This document shows positions 49,530 to 60,034 of a stretch of 64,000 nt of DNA, piece after piece; the stretch's first letter is position 1, and every line of letters begins with the position of its first letter. The DNA comes from an uncultured Christensenellaceae bacterium (GTDB lineage: Bacteria > Bacillota > Clostridia > Christensenellales > CAG-1252): the NCBI GenBank assembly GCA_964561145.1, contig CAZLNZ010000004.1, positions 27,047 through 91,046 on the forward strand, given 5' to 3'. Under the pieces are notes generated by a model that searched no databases, was not told where the DNA came from, and was given only the letters and a program-made list of their open reading frames with translations. The position numbers and the translations under genes are program-made.

Positions 49530-50312
49530 ATGGTTGTAGACTTAAATGGAAACAAGCAGGAATTTCAGAATTCCATTACTGTTGAGGGTATTGCGGAAAG
49601 TTTGGGAGATAACGTCAAAAAAACAGCTCTTTGTGGTAAGGTTAACGGTAAGCTTGTCGATTTAAGTTATGTTGTAGATGATTCCGCCGATGTCGAAATC
49701 TTATCCTTCAAAGATGAAGAGGGGAGACGGGTTTTTAACCATACAGCCGCTCATGTTTTGGCACAAGCTGTTAAAACTATTTTTCCTACAGCTAAGCTTG
49801 CTTTAGGTCCTGCAACCGATGATGGCTTTTATTGTGATTTTAAGTTTAAAACTCCACCGACACTTGATGATTTAGAAACAATAGAAGTTGAGATGAGTAA
49901 CATAATAAAGGCAAATCTTCCTATGTCAAGAGAGGAGGTTTCAAGAGAGGTTGCTTATTCGTTGATGTCCGGTTTTGGAGAAATCTATAAGCTTGAGATT
50001 ATAGAAGCCCTTCAAGAGGACAATGTGTTTTCCATATATAGACAAGGTAATTTTGCAGACCTATGTTCCGGACCTCACCTGAAATCTACCGGACTCATCA
50101 AAGCTTTTAAACTTTTGGGTATCGGTAAGGCTTATTGGAAAAACGACAATAAGAATGAGTTGTTAACTCGAATATATGGAATTGCCTTTGATAGGAAATC
50201 GTCACTTCAAGATTACCTTCAATTAACCGAAAATAACAATAATCAAGAGGAACCTAAAACGGGCAGAGCCATAACATCGATTTTTCGCAAAAAAGTTGCA
50301 AAAAGAAGTTAA
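49530..50312 (+). CDS. Stand-alone ThrRS N-terminal fragment (TGS + editing/SAD domains, no catalytic core); either a trans-editing factor or a gene remnant
   Basis: TGS-like N-terminus. Editing motifs HTAAH and DLCSGPH. Homology to ThrRS ends near YLQLTE, followed by an unrelated basic tail and a stop. Confidence 0.75.
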   Translation: MVVDLNGNKQEFQNSITVEGIAESLGDNVKKTALCGKVNGKLVDLSYVVDDSADVEILSFKDEEGRRVFNHTAAHVLAQAVKTIFPTAKLALGPATDDGFYCDFKFKTPPTLDDLETIEVEMSNIIKANLPMSREEVSREVAYSLMSGFGEIYKLEIIEALQEDNVFSIYRQGNFADLCSGPHLKSTGLIKAFKLLGIGKAYWKNDNKNELLTRIYGIAFDRKSSLQDYLQLTENNNNQEEPKTGRAITSIFRKKVAKRS

Positions 50313-50319
50313 AAAATAA

Positions 50320-50348
50320 TTGACAAAAACATACACTAATGTTAACAT
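50320..50348 (+). promoter_or_regulatory. Sigma-70-type promoter of the infC-rpmI-rplT operon
   Basis: TTGACA, 17 nt, TAACAT. Confidence 0.6.
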
Positions 50349-50354
50349 ATTACC

Positions 50355-50475
50355 GAAGTAGAAGCTTTCTCACCTTGAGTATATCGTTACTCTCGTGTTT
50401 CTTAAATGTAAAATTGGCATAATTATGCGTTGACATTTTTGATCGGATGGCTTTTACTATCCGATTTTTATTTTA
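50355..50475 (+). promoter_or_regulatory. infC operon leader with terminator hairpin (L20-leader-like attenuator)
   Basis: ATCGGAT-ggcttttact-ATCCGATTTTTATTTT lies directly before the RBS AGGAGG. The position matches the Firmicutes L20 leader. Confidence 0.5.
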
Positions 50476-50489
50476 GGAGGACTAAAACT

Positions 50490-50996
50490 ATAAAAGAGTA
50501 CCTTATCAATGAACAAATTCGTGACAGAGAAGTTGTTCTCATCGACTCAAACGGTGTATCTAGAGGACTTATGCAAACAAGAGATGCATTGGCAATTGCC
50601 GAAGAGCAAGGCTTGGATCTCGTAAAGGTTGGCGAAGGTCGTACCCCTACTTGTAAGTTAATGGATTATTCAAAGTGGGTATATGACAAGGCTAAAAAAG
50701 AGAAAGAGCAAAAGAAGGCTCAAAAGAGAATCGAGATCAAGGAAATCCAACTTTCTGTAACCATTGACACCGGTGACCTTAGAGTCAAAGCCAACAAAAC
50801 GAATGAGTTTATAAGTGACGGAGATAAAGTTAGGGTGGTTATTCGTATGCGTGGCAGACAGAATGTACGTCCTGAACTTGGATTGAAAGTAATGAACGAG
50901 TTCTATAAAATGATAGAAAACGCAAATATGGAGCAAGCACCCGCTATTGAGGGTAATACAATTAGGATGACACTTGCTCCCCAAACAAAAAAATAA
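50490..50996 (+). CDS. infC: Translation initiation factor IF-3, probable non-AUG (ATA) start
   Basis: The conserved IF-3 sequence begins (M)KEYLINEQIRDREVVLID. AGGAGG lies 9 nt upstream of the ATA at 50490. The ORF-track TTG at 50430 falls inside the leader terminator. Confidence 0.85.
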   Translation: MKEYLINEQIRDREVVLIDSNGVSRGLMQTRDALAIAEEQGLDLVKVGEGRTPTCKLMDYSKWVYDKAKKEKEQKKAQKRIEIKEIQLSVTIDTGDLRVKANKTNEFISDGDKVRVVIRMRGRQNVRPELGLKVMNEFYKMIENANMEQAPAIEGNTIRMTLAPQTKK

Positions 50997-51013
50997 TTAC
51001 GGAGGTATAAATC

Positions 51014-51211
51014 ATGCCAAAAATGAAGTCGCATTCTGGCGCAGGAAAACGTTTCCGTGTAACCAAGAACGGAAAGATTAAGAGAGCAAAGATGGGTAAA
51101 AACCACATCTTGACAAAGAAAGAAACCAAGAGAAAACGCGGTCTTAGAGCCGGTGGATACGTAGATGAGTCCTTTGCAGGTACTCTTAGAACTATGTTAC
51201 CCAAGAAATAG
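51014..51211 (+). CDS. rpmI: 50S ribosomal protein L35
   Basis: [14 protein letters not shown] canonical N-terminus. Confidence 0.95.
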   Translation: MPKMKSHSGAGKRFRVTKNGKIKRAKMGKNHILTKKETKRKRGLRAGGYVDESFAGTLRTMLPKK

Positions 51212-51221
51212 GAGGTAGAAT

Positions 51222-51584
51222 ATGAGAATTAAGAGAGCTGTAAATGGTGTAAAGAAACGTAGAAAAATATTGAAGCTCGCAAAAGGCTACTGGGGTTCTA
51301 AAAAGAATTTGTACAGAGTAGCACGTGAAGCTGTTATGAAATCTCAAAGCTATGCTTATGTTGGAAGAAAGCACAAGAAGAGAGATTTTCGTCGTCTTTG
51401 GATTGCTCGTATCAACGCTGCCGCACATATGAACGGAACTTCCTACAGCCAATTCATGTATGGCTTGAAGCTTGCAGGTATCGATCTCAACCGTAAGGTG
51501 TTAGCGGATATGGCTGTTAACGATCAAGAAGGTTTTGCTGCACTTGCTCAAAAGGCAATCAGTGCTGTTGCTGCTTCTAAATAA
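51222..51584 (+). CDS. rplT: 50S ribosomal protein L20
   Basis: [25 protein letters not shown] canonical N-terminus. Confidence 0.95.
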   Translation: MRIKRAVNGVKKRRKILKLAKGYWGSKKNLYRVAREAVMKSQSYAYVGRKHKKRDFRRLWIARINAAAHMNGTSYSQFMYGLKLAGIDLNRKVLADMAVNDQEGFAALAQKAISAVAASK

Positions 51585-51593
51585 GTTGTTTAT

Positions 51594-51631
51594 TGCCGAC
51601 AGATCCGCATAAGATTTGTCGGCATTTTTTT
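51594..51631 (+). terminator. Intrinsic terminator after rplT
   Basis: TGCCGACA-loop-TGTCGGCATTTTTTT. Confidence 0.8.
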
Positions 51632-51636
51632 AAACC

Positions 51637-52404
51637 ATGGTAATCGAAAGCATAAGCAATCCCAAAGTTCAACTATTAAGGTCGCTTTATTCCAAGAAGG
51701 GAAGAGAAGAGAGCGGCTTGTTTGTCGTTGAGGGGATTAACATTCTCAAGGATCTTCCGGACGACGTCGTTGTCAAATATCTCTTTATTGATGAGAACAG
51801 ATGCGATATGGTAGATACTCTTGTAACCATAATTCTTGAAAGAAATAACGAAGCAGAGGTTATTACCTTATCGACCAAGCTTTTTTCAAGAGTTGCAGAA
51901 ACAATTGTACCTCAAGGGCTTATTGCTTGTTGCGAAATACCCGAACAAAAGCGTGATGTCGTTCTTAAGAAGGAGAAATTGATGCTATTGGACGGTGTAT
52001 CGGATCCCGGGAATGTTGGAACCATTATAAGAAGTGCCGCTGCTGCAGGCTTTGACGGAGTTGTGCTTTTTGATTGCTGTGACCCATATTCACCCAAAGT
52101 AGTTCGTTCTTCAATGGGTGGTATATTTAGAATTCCTTGTATTACTCTTGAACATGAGGAGTTTAAATTTGACGGAACAGTGTATTTGCTCGATGCATCG
52201 TTTATAAGTGTCAACATCTTCGATGAGTATCCTCAAGGGAGATATGCGATAGTGGTAGGTTCAGAGGCACATGGTCCTTCCCTGTACTTTAGACTACATC
52301 ATGACAGGAGTTTAAAAATTCCTATGAAAAATACCACAGAATCCTTGAATGCAGGCGTTAGTGCTTCGCTTGCAATGTATATACTAGAAAACAATAGGAG
52401 GTAA
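51637..52404 (+). CDS. TrmH/SpoU-family RNA 2'-O-methyltransferase
   Basis: SpoU motifs [21 protein letters not shown] and [13 protein letters not shown]. Confidence 0.85.
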   Translation: MVIESISNPKVQLLRSLYSKKGREESGLFVVEGINILKDLPDDVVVKYLFIDENRCDMVDTLVTIILERNNEAEVITLSTKLFSRVAETIVPQGLIACCEIPEQKRDVVLKKEKLMLLDGVSDPGNVGTIIRSAAAAGFDGVVLFDCCDPYSPKVVRSSMGGIFRIPCITLEHEEFKFDGTVYLLDASFISVNIFDEYPQGRYAIVVGSEAHGPSLYFRLHHDRSLKIPMKNTTESLNAGVSASLAMYILENNRR

Positions 52405-52408
52405 TCAT

Positions 52409-53149
52409 ATGTCCGGCCATAGCAAATGGGCTAATATTAAAAATAAGAAAGCAAAGGGCGATGCCCAACGCAGTAATGTCTTTACGAAAATCGGTAGAGA
52501 AATAGCAATTGCAGTTAAACAAGGCGGTGGAAATCCAGATACAAACTCTAGATTACGTGACGTCATCGCAAAAGCAAAGGCAGCCAATATGCCCAATGAT
52601 AACATCAAAAGAAGCATTCAAAAAGCTTCGGGTGAACTTGGTAATGTCAATTACGAAGAATGTACTTATGAAGGCTATGGTGCAGGCGGTTGTGCCATAA
52701 TCGTAGAATGCTTGACCGATAATAAGACTCGTACTGTCGGTGACGTTCGTCACTATTTCGATAAATGCGGTGGACAATTGGGTAACACCGGTTGTGTGTC
52801 TTATATGTTCGATAAGCAAGGTATCATCACCATAGATGCGCAAGGATTGGACGAAGATGAGCTTATAATGATGGCATTGGATGCAGGTGCAGATGATGTT
52901 GTCAATGATGGCGATGTTTTTGAGGTTATCACAGCTCCTCAAAATCTCGGAACGGTTCGTGAAGCATTGGAAGCAAACGGCTTACCTATTTTAGCCGCCG
53001 AATCCGAAATGGTTCCTCAAAGCACGGTAACTCCCGATGATGAAACTGCAAAGAAGATCGTTCGTCTTATTGATATGCTCGAGGATAATGATGACGTTCA
53101 AAATGTTTATCATAATGCCAATCTTCCCGAAGAAGAGGACGAGGATTAA
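52409..53149 (+). CDS. yebC: YebC/PmpR-family transcriptional regulator
   Basis: [27 protein letters not shown] canonical N-terminus. Confidence 0.92.
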   Translation: MSGHSKWANIKNKKAKGDAQRSNVFTKIGREIAIAVKQGGGNPDTNSRLRDVIAKAKAANMPNDNIKRSIQKASGELGNVNYEECTYEGYGAGGCAIIVECLTDNKTRTVGDVRHYFDKCGGQLGNTGCVSYMFDKQGIITIDAQGLDEDELIMMALDAGADDVVNDGDVFEVITAPQNLGTVREALEANGLPILAAESEMVPQSTVTPDDETAKKIVRLIDMLEDNDDVQNVYHNANLPEEEDED

Positions 53150-53176
53150 TACTCGGAAAAACTTTATAAAATATAT

Positions 53177-53767
53177 ATGTACTCTTACATTAAGGGCATA
53201 GTCGCTGACTATTTTATAGGCGGTGCGATAATAGAAAACAATGGTATCGGATATGAAATTTTCTTATCCGATTCCACTTTATATCAGCTTCCTGCTAAGG
53301 GCTCGCCTTGTGTTGTGTACCTATACCAAGTGGTAAGAGAGGACGAACTCTCATTATACGGCTTTTTAACACTTCAGGAGAAGAATATGTTTATTAAGCT
53401 TATAAGTGTATCTGGTGTTGGACCCAAGCTTGCTCTCGCAATCTTGTCGGGTATAAAGCTTGACCAGCTTACCACAGCAATTATAACTGCTGACTCCAGG
53501 GCTTTGTCTGGAATAAAGGGAATTGGAAAAAAGACTGCGGAAAGAATAATTCTCGAGTTAAAAGAAAACGTTGAAAACGATTTGTCCGGCTTGACCGTGG
53601 AGCGTACCGCAGTTGATAACGCTGTCAATTCCGCCTTAGAGGTATTGGAGGGAATGGGTTTATCACGTTCGCAAGCCTATGAAAAGGTGGTCAAGGCAAG
53701 ACAAAGCACCTCGGACATTGCCGAGATAGTTAGAATTGTATTAAAGGGATTGAAGAGCAATGGATGA
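53177..53767 (+). CDS. ruvA: Holliday junction helicase subunit RuvA
   Basis: HhH motifs [10 protein letters not shown] and [12 protein letters not shown]. Overlaps ruvB. Confidence 0.92.
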   Translation: MYSYIKGIVADYFIGGAIIENNGIGYEIFLSDSTLYQLPAKGSPCVVYLYQVVREDELSLYGFLTLQEKNMFIKLISVSGVGPKLALAILSGIKLDQLTTAIITADSRALSGIKGIGKKTAERIILELKENVENDLSGLTVERTAVDNAVNSALEVLEGMGLSRSQAYEKVVKARQSTSDIAEIVRIVLKGLKSNG

Positions 53768-54782
53768 ATATAATCGTTTCAATACTCCGGAAGAGGATGA
53801 ATATTCGTTAAGACCAAAGACCTTTGACGATTATGTGGGGCAAGATAAGATCAAGTCTAACTTACAAGTTTTTATTGCCTCTGCAAAAAAGAGGGGCGAG
53901 TCGCTAGACCATCTTCTTTTCTATGGACCTCCCGGGCTTGGAAAGACCACGCTTGCCAACATTGTAGCAAGTGAGATGGGTGCTCGCATACGTGTTACTT
54001 CGGGTCCCGCTATTGAAAAAGCGGTTGACCTTGCATCCATTCTTACAAATCTTGAAGAGGGTGATGTTCTGTTTATAGATGAGATACACCGCCTAAACCA
54101 TGCGGCAGAGGAAATGCTGTATCCCGCCATGGAGGATTATTCAATAGACTTTGTAGTAGGGAAAGGACCTACGGCACAAAGTGTTAGAATGCCAATTTGT
54201 CATTTTACATTAATTGGTGCTACAACTAGAGCCGGCATGCTTACTTCTCCTTTGCGTGACCGCTTCGGCGTTATGTGTAGACTTGAGCTTTACAATCCTG
54301 AAGAGCTATCAAAAATAGTTGACAGGTCTGCCGGATTGTTGGGAATGTCCATAACGGATGCTGCAAGCTATGAGATTGCTGTTAGAAGTAGAGGAACGCC
54401 GAGAATTGCCAATAGATTTCTTAAGAGAGTTAGAGATTTTGCCGAGTATCACGGAAGTAAGATTATTACCACTGAATATGCCAAGATGGCACTTGAAGCT
54501 TTAGAGGTAGATTCGCTTGGATTGGATTATACAGATAAACGTATTTTGTTAAGCATCATAGAGCAATACAACGGTGGTCCGGTAGGTCTTGATACGCTTG
54601 CCGCTTCAACCGGCGAAGAGGTTAGCACAATTGAGGACGTATACGAACCTTATTTGTTGCAGATAGGATTTTTAGCTCGAACAGCAAGAGGAAGAATCGC
54701 ATTGGCTCCTGCCTATAAGCATTTAGGAAAAACTATCCCGAAGGATAAACTTAGCTTGCTTTGTCCCGATGAGGTCGATTGA
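53760..54782 (+). CDS. ruvB: Holliday junction helicase RuvB
   Basis: [29 protein letters not shown]. Confidence 0.95.
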   Translation: MDEYNRFNTPEEDEYSLRPKTFDDYVGQDKIKSNLQVFIASAKKRGESLDHLLFYGPPGLGKTTLANIVASEMGARIRVTSGPAIEKAVDLASILTNLEEGDVLFIDEIHRLNHAAEEMLYPAMEDYSIDFVVGKGPTAQSVRMPICHFTLIGATTRAGMLTSPLRDRFGVMCRLELYNPEELSKIVDRSAGLLGMSITDAASYEIAVRSRGTPRIANRFLKRVRDFAEYHGSKIITTEYAKMALEALEVDSLGLDYTDKRILLSIIEQYNGGPVGLDTLAASTGEEVSTIEDVYEPYLLQIGFLARTARGRIALAPAYKHLGKTIPKDKLSLLCPDEVD

Positions 54783-55801
54783 TGAAAACTAGTGACTTTT
54801 ATTATTATTTACCCGAAAATCAAATAGCGCAAACCCCGGTAGAGCCCAGAGATCACTCTAGGCTTTTAGTTTATGATAGACAAACAGACAAGGTTTCTCA
54901 TAAACATTTTTATGATGTATGCGATTATTTGAAAAAAGGTGATGTTTTAGTTATAAACGATACAAAGGTTATCCCTGCCAGGCTTTTCGGAAAAAGAGAA
55001 GGCTTTGAAGGTAAAATCGAAATATTCCTTCTAAAAAGGGTGGATCTTACACATTGGAAATGTATGGGTAAGCCCGGAAGGAGACTGAAGGTCGGTACTA
55101 AGGTTATATTCAACGATGAGTTATCCTGTGTTATCACCGATACATTGGAAGAGGGTTTGATTCTTTGTGAGTTTATCTATGACGGAGTTTTTGAGGATAT
55201 TTTAGACAAAACAGGAAATATGCCCCTTCCTCCATATATAACAGAGCATTTGGATGACCCGACGAGATATCAAACGGTCTATTCAAAGTATGATGGTTCT
55301 GCTGCAGCTCCTACTGCGGGCTTACATTTTACAACAGAGTTGTTGGAAAAGATTAAGGCGATGGGCGTTGAGGTTGTTGAGGTTCTTCTTAATGTCGGAC
55401 TAGGAACCTTTAGACCTGTCAAGGTTGATGTTATCGAAGAACATGTTATGCACTCGGAGTTTTATAGTGTTTCTGAGGATGCTGCAAATAAAATCAATCT
55501 AGCTCTTGCCGAGAATAGAAGGGTAATATGCGTCGGTACCACTTCTGTTAGAACCCTGGAAAGTGCTTTTAAGGATGGAAAAGTTCAAGCCGGAAGCGGT
55601 GATACCTCGATTTTCATCTATCCGGGATATAAGTTTAATGTCGTTAAGGGCTTGATTACCAATTTTCATTTGCCGGAAAGCACCTTGATCATGTTAGTAT
55701 CTGCTCTTATCACAAGAGAGAGAACTTTGGAAATATATAAAGATGCTGTCGATGAAAAATACAGATTCTTCAGCTTTGGCGATGCAATGATGATTATTTG
55801 A
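54782..55801 (+). CDS. queA: S-adenosylmethionine:tRNA ribosyltransferase-isomerase
   Basis: FYYYLPENQIAQTPVEPRDHSRLL, PLPPYI and TNFHLPESTL. ATG at 54782 overlaps the ruvB stop (TGATG). Confidence 0.93.
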   Translation: MKTSDFYYYLPENQIAQTPVEPRDHSRLLVYDRQTDKVSHKHFYDVCDYLKKGDVLVINDTKVIPARLFGKREGFEGKIEIFLLKRVDLTHWKCMGKPGRRLKVGTKVIFNDELSCVITDTLEEGLILCEFIYDGVFEDILDKTGNMPLPPYITEHLDDPTRYQTVYSKYDGSAAAPTAGLHFTTELLEKIKAMGVEVVEVLLNVGLGTFRPVKVDVIEEHVMHSEFYSVSEDAANKINLALAENRRVICVGTTSVRTLESAFKDGKVQAGSGDTSIFIYPGYKFNVVKGLITNFHLPESTLIMLVSALITRERTLEIYKDAVDEKYRFFSFGDAMMII

Positions 55802-55846
55802 TGGGTTTTAATCAAGCTTTAAGGTCCATCTATTAAGATATTATAG

Positions 55847-56983
<1,137 letters not shown>

Positions 56984-57110
56984 TGTCGATAACATACGTA
57001 TAATAAACGTTATATTGCCATGGATATCTAAGGAAATCAAATAACCCTTGATTTTCTGTCAATAATAATGTATAATTATAAAAGTAGATTTTTATCAAAA
57101 GGAGATTAGT

Positions 57111-57641
57111 ATGAATTTATTATTGGAAGCCGCTGAAAGTGCAGGAACCACAACCAATAACGCAGGTGGCAACACTAGTTCGGTATGGGTATGGGTTATT
57201 TTTGCCGTAATGATCGTTGCTATGATTCTCTTAACCGTTGTTCCCAACAAGAAGAGACAAAAAGAGTATCAAAAAATGCAAGACGAAATGAGAGTCGGCA
57301 CAAAGATTATGACAATTGGAAGAATGATTGGTGTTATTACCAAAATAAACAGCGATAATTCAATCGAGGTTGATGTTGGCACTGCAGGTAATCCCGTTGT
57401 TATCACGATCAATCGTGAAGCTATCGCAATCAATTTAACAGCACAAGAGGCTGCCAAGGCTGAAAAGCAAGCTTTTGAGGCTAAAAAGCAGGCACTTAAA
57501 GAACAAAAATCTGTTGAGGTTGTTGCAGAAGAGAATTCTGAGGAAACTGTTGTAGCAGAAGATAGCGAAAACGGAGAGGAAGAAGCTCACGAGGCTGAAG
57601 CTGTTAATCCTCAAATTAATGACGAGGACGACGCAATCTAA
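57111..57641 (+). CDS. yajC: Preprotein translocase subunit YajC with a long acidic C-terminal extension
   Basis: Single TM followed by KKRQKEYQKMQDEMRVGTKIMTIGRMIGVI. Position between tgt and secDF. Confidence 0.85.
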   Translation: MNLLLEAAESAGTTTNNAGGNTSSVWVWVIFAVMIVAMILLTVVPNKKRQKEYQKMQDEMRVGTKIMTIGRMIGVITKINSDNSIEVDVGTAGNPVVITINREAIAINLTAQEAAKAEKQAFEAKKQALKEQKSVEVVAEENSEETVVAEDSENGEEEAHEAEAVNPQINDEDDAI

Positions 57642-57668
57642 ACTTAAGCTTAAAGTATTATTATAATC

Positions 57669-57706
57669 GGGTGTGTTAAGGCTAAATAGTCTGGCACACC
57701 TTTTTT
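57669..57706 (+). terminator. Intrinsic terminator after yajC
   Basis: GGGTGTG-loop-CACACCTTTTTT. Confidence 0.75.
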
Positions 57707-57790
57707 ATGTCGTTTTTTATCATAGGAGTCTATTTTGAATGGGTTTATTCATATATATTTTCAGATACTATTAATTCGGAGGATATATTA

Positions 57791-58192
57791 ATGAGTAAGG
57801 CGACATATAAGCAAAGCATACTGAATATAGTACGAGGAACATTGTTCAGTCTCTTGTTTTCAGTTGTAGGAGTACTAATATTAACTATTGTTGCAAAGTA
57901 TACGGAAATTGCAGATAAACCAATTATGATAATAAATCAGATTATAAAAATTGTAGCCTGTACATTGGGGATTTTTGTTGGATTTAGAGGAGAAAAGGGC
58001 GGATTCTTTGTTGGTCTTATAGTCGGTTTGTTATATACGGTACTGTCTTTCTTGATATTTTCCTTATTAAGCGGAGGATTAAACTTCTCCGACGTAACCA
58101 TATATGATTTCCTTTTAGGAATTGCCTGTGGGGTGATAAGCGGAATTCTTGCAGTGAATCTCAAAGGATTAAGAAGGAGAAAAAGAGCATAG
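57791..58192 (+). CDS. Small polytopic membrane protein (TIGR04086/YrzE-like, judged by context)
   Basis: Four hydrophobic segments. I prefer the ATG at 57791 (RBS GGAGG), because the 57707 start lies in the yajC terminator T-run. Confidence 0.6.
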   Translation: MSKATYKQSILNIVRGTLFSLLFSVVGVLILTIVAKYTEIADKPIMIINQIIKIVACTLGIFVGFRGEKGGFFVGLIVGLLYTVLSFLIFSLLSGGLNFSDVTIYDFLLGIACGVISGILAVNLKGLRRRKRA

Positions 58193-58314
58193 GTAAATCT
58201 CGATACCTTCGTTATTCGAATTTGTATTCTGATACGATGTTTTATTTAAAAAAACACTTGCAATTTGAAGGTATATACATTATAATTGTATAAGAATACA
58301 TTAGGAGGTTTCCT

Positions 58315-58482
58315 ATGAAACACATTAAAACTATAGCTAAGCCCGAAAGAAAAAGTAACGTTATCGGTTGTGGCGAATGCCAATCTAGCTGTCAATCCGC
58401 ATGCAAAACCAGCTGCACAGTCGGAAATCAAACCTGCAAGCAAGAAGAGCGTATCAACCATAAGGAAACAAAGAACGTCTAA
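58315..58482 (+). CDS. SCIFF (six-cysteine) ranthipeptide precursor, 55 aa, absent from the ORF track
   Basis: Hand translation: MKHIKTIAKPERKSNVIGCGECQSSCQSACKTSCTVGNQTCKQEERINHKETKNV. RBS AGGAGG. The stop abuts the maturase ATG. Confidence 0.9.
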   Translation: MKHIKTIAKPERKSNVIGCGECQSSCQSACKTSCTVGNQTCKQEERINHKETKNV

Positions 58483-59832
58483 ATGACCCATTGTTTTAGT
58501 TACGAATATAAAGGCAAGGTTTACTACTTTGTCTTTCATCCCTTTAGCAGCAGTCTTCACCAAGTAGATTATGCTGCTTTTCTTGTTTTAAAGAAAAGAT
58601 ATGAAAGCCTTACTCCCGAGGAGGAAAAGGATTATTTGTTGTTGAGTTCTCAAGAAGTTGCTGAAATAGAAGAAGAGGCTAGAGCGTTGGAGGAGGAAAA
58701 CCTCCTTAAGACTGATGTCAAGCTTCCTTTTAGAAAAACAAATCTTGTGAAGGCACTTTGTTTGCATATATGTCATGATTGTAATCTTTGTTGCGAATAT
58801 TGCTTTGCAAAAGAGGGCACATATAACACAGCGAGAGACTATATGAGCAAAGAAGTCGGCTTTAAGGCTATTGATTTTCTTATCGAGCATTCGGGATCTA
58901 GAAAGAGCTTAGAGGTTGATTTCTTTGGCGGAGAACCTTTGATGAATTTTGATGTTGTCAAGGCAATTGTCTCTTATGGAAGGAGTCGTGAAAAGGAAAC
59001 CGGCAAAGTTTTCAGTTTTACAATGACAACAAATTGTCTTTTGCTCAACGACGATGCCATAGAGTATCTTAACAGAGAGATGGATAATGTCGTATTAAGC
59101 ATAGACGGACGTCCCGAAGTTCACAATGCAGTGAGGCACGCACGTAACGGAAAGGATTGTTATGATGTAATATACAATAATGCCAAGAAATTTCGTGCAG
59201 TTCGCGGAGATAAGCGTTACTATGTCAGAGGAACGTTTACATCGAAAAATTTGGATTTTTCAAAGGATATCGAAATGTTGTCAAAAGATTTTGATCAGAT
59301 ATCTGTAGAGCCCGTTGTTCTTCCTCTTGACCATCCTTTGGCATTGCAACCTGAAAGTTTGCCGGTTGTTTTAAAAGAGTATGATCAACTTGCCGAGCTA
59401 TTTTTAAGAAAACAAGAAGAGGGCAATTCGTTTAATTTCTTCCATTTCATGCTCGACTTGGAGCAGAATCCTTGTCTAAATAAGAGGCTCTCCGGGTGTG
59501 GCGTAGGCTGTGAGTATCTGGCTATATCCCCTGTGGGAGACATATATCCTTGTCATCAATTTGTAGGCGGTAGCAAGGAATATTATATGGGCAATGTTTT
59601 AGATGGAACCTATGATTACAATGTAGCGGAGATCTTTAGAGATAACACCGTATATGAGAAGAAGGGCTGTGAAGAGTGTTTTGCAAAGTATTATTGCTCG
59701 GGCGGCTGCACGGCAAGCGCATTGAACTTTGAGGGCAGCATAAAAACACCTTACAGGTATGCTTGCGAAATGATGAAAAAGCGTTTGGAGTTATCTTTGG
59801 CAATAAATGCTTTATCGAAAATCGAGGATTGA
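58483..59832 (+). CDS. SCIFF radical-SAM/SPASM thioether-forming maturase
   Basis: CHDCNLCCEYC (CxxxCxxC), a C-terminal SPASM cysteine cluster and adjacency to the SCIFF gene. Confidence 0.9.
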   Translation: MTHCFSYEYKGKVYYFVFHPFSSSLHQVDYAAFLVLKKRYESLTPEEEKDYLLLSSQEVAEIEEEARALEEENLLKTDVKLPFRKTNLVKALCLHICHDCNLCCEYCFAKEGTYNTARDYMSKEVGFKAIDFLIEHSGSRKSLEVDFFGGEPLMNFDVVKAIVSYGRSREKETGKVFSFTMTTNCLLLNDDAIEYLNREMDNVVLSIDGRPEVHNAVRHARNGKDCYDVIYNNAKKFRAVRGDKRYYVRGTFTSKNLDFSKDIEMLSKDFDQISVEPVVLPLDHPLALQPESLPVVLKEYDQLAELFLRKQEEGNSFNFFHFMLDLEQNPCLNKRLSGCGVGCEYLAISPVGDIYPCHQFVGGSKEYYMGNVLDGTYDYNVAEIFRDNTVYEKKGCEECFAKYYCSGGCTASALNFEGSIKTPYRYACEMMKKRLELSLAINALSKIED

Positions 59833-59939
59833 ATTAATAATTTACCGATAGTTGATCGAAAATCGAAATAAGAAAATCGATTCGATGTCATTTTGCAATC
59901 ATTTTTACAACTTTTTGTTGTTTTTTATTGAATATTTTA

Positions 59940-59969
59940 TTGACTTATTTGGTGCAATAAAGATATAAT
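59940..59969 (+). promoter_or_regulatory. Sigma-70-type promoter for secDF
   Basis: TTGACT, 18 nt, TATAAT. Confidence 0.55.
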
Positions 59970-60034
59970 ACATAAGTACGATTATATAATAATAAGCAAA
60001 TGTAATTGTGCACTAACATACAGGAGGCAGTTTT

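Noticed and set aside
50430-50489. TTG 50430 as the infC start (ORF track)
   Set aside because: It would add a hydrophobic N-extension with no IF-3 homology, and it sits inside the leader terminator hairpin. A strong RBS precedes the ATA at 50490 instead.
58246-58563. 105-aa minus-strand ORF
   Set aside because: It is antisense to the SCIFF gene and the maturase start. It is a shadow ORF with no RBS.
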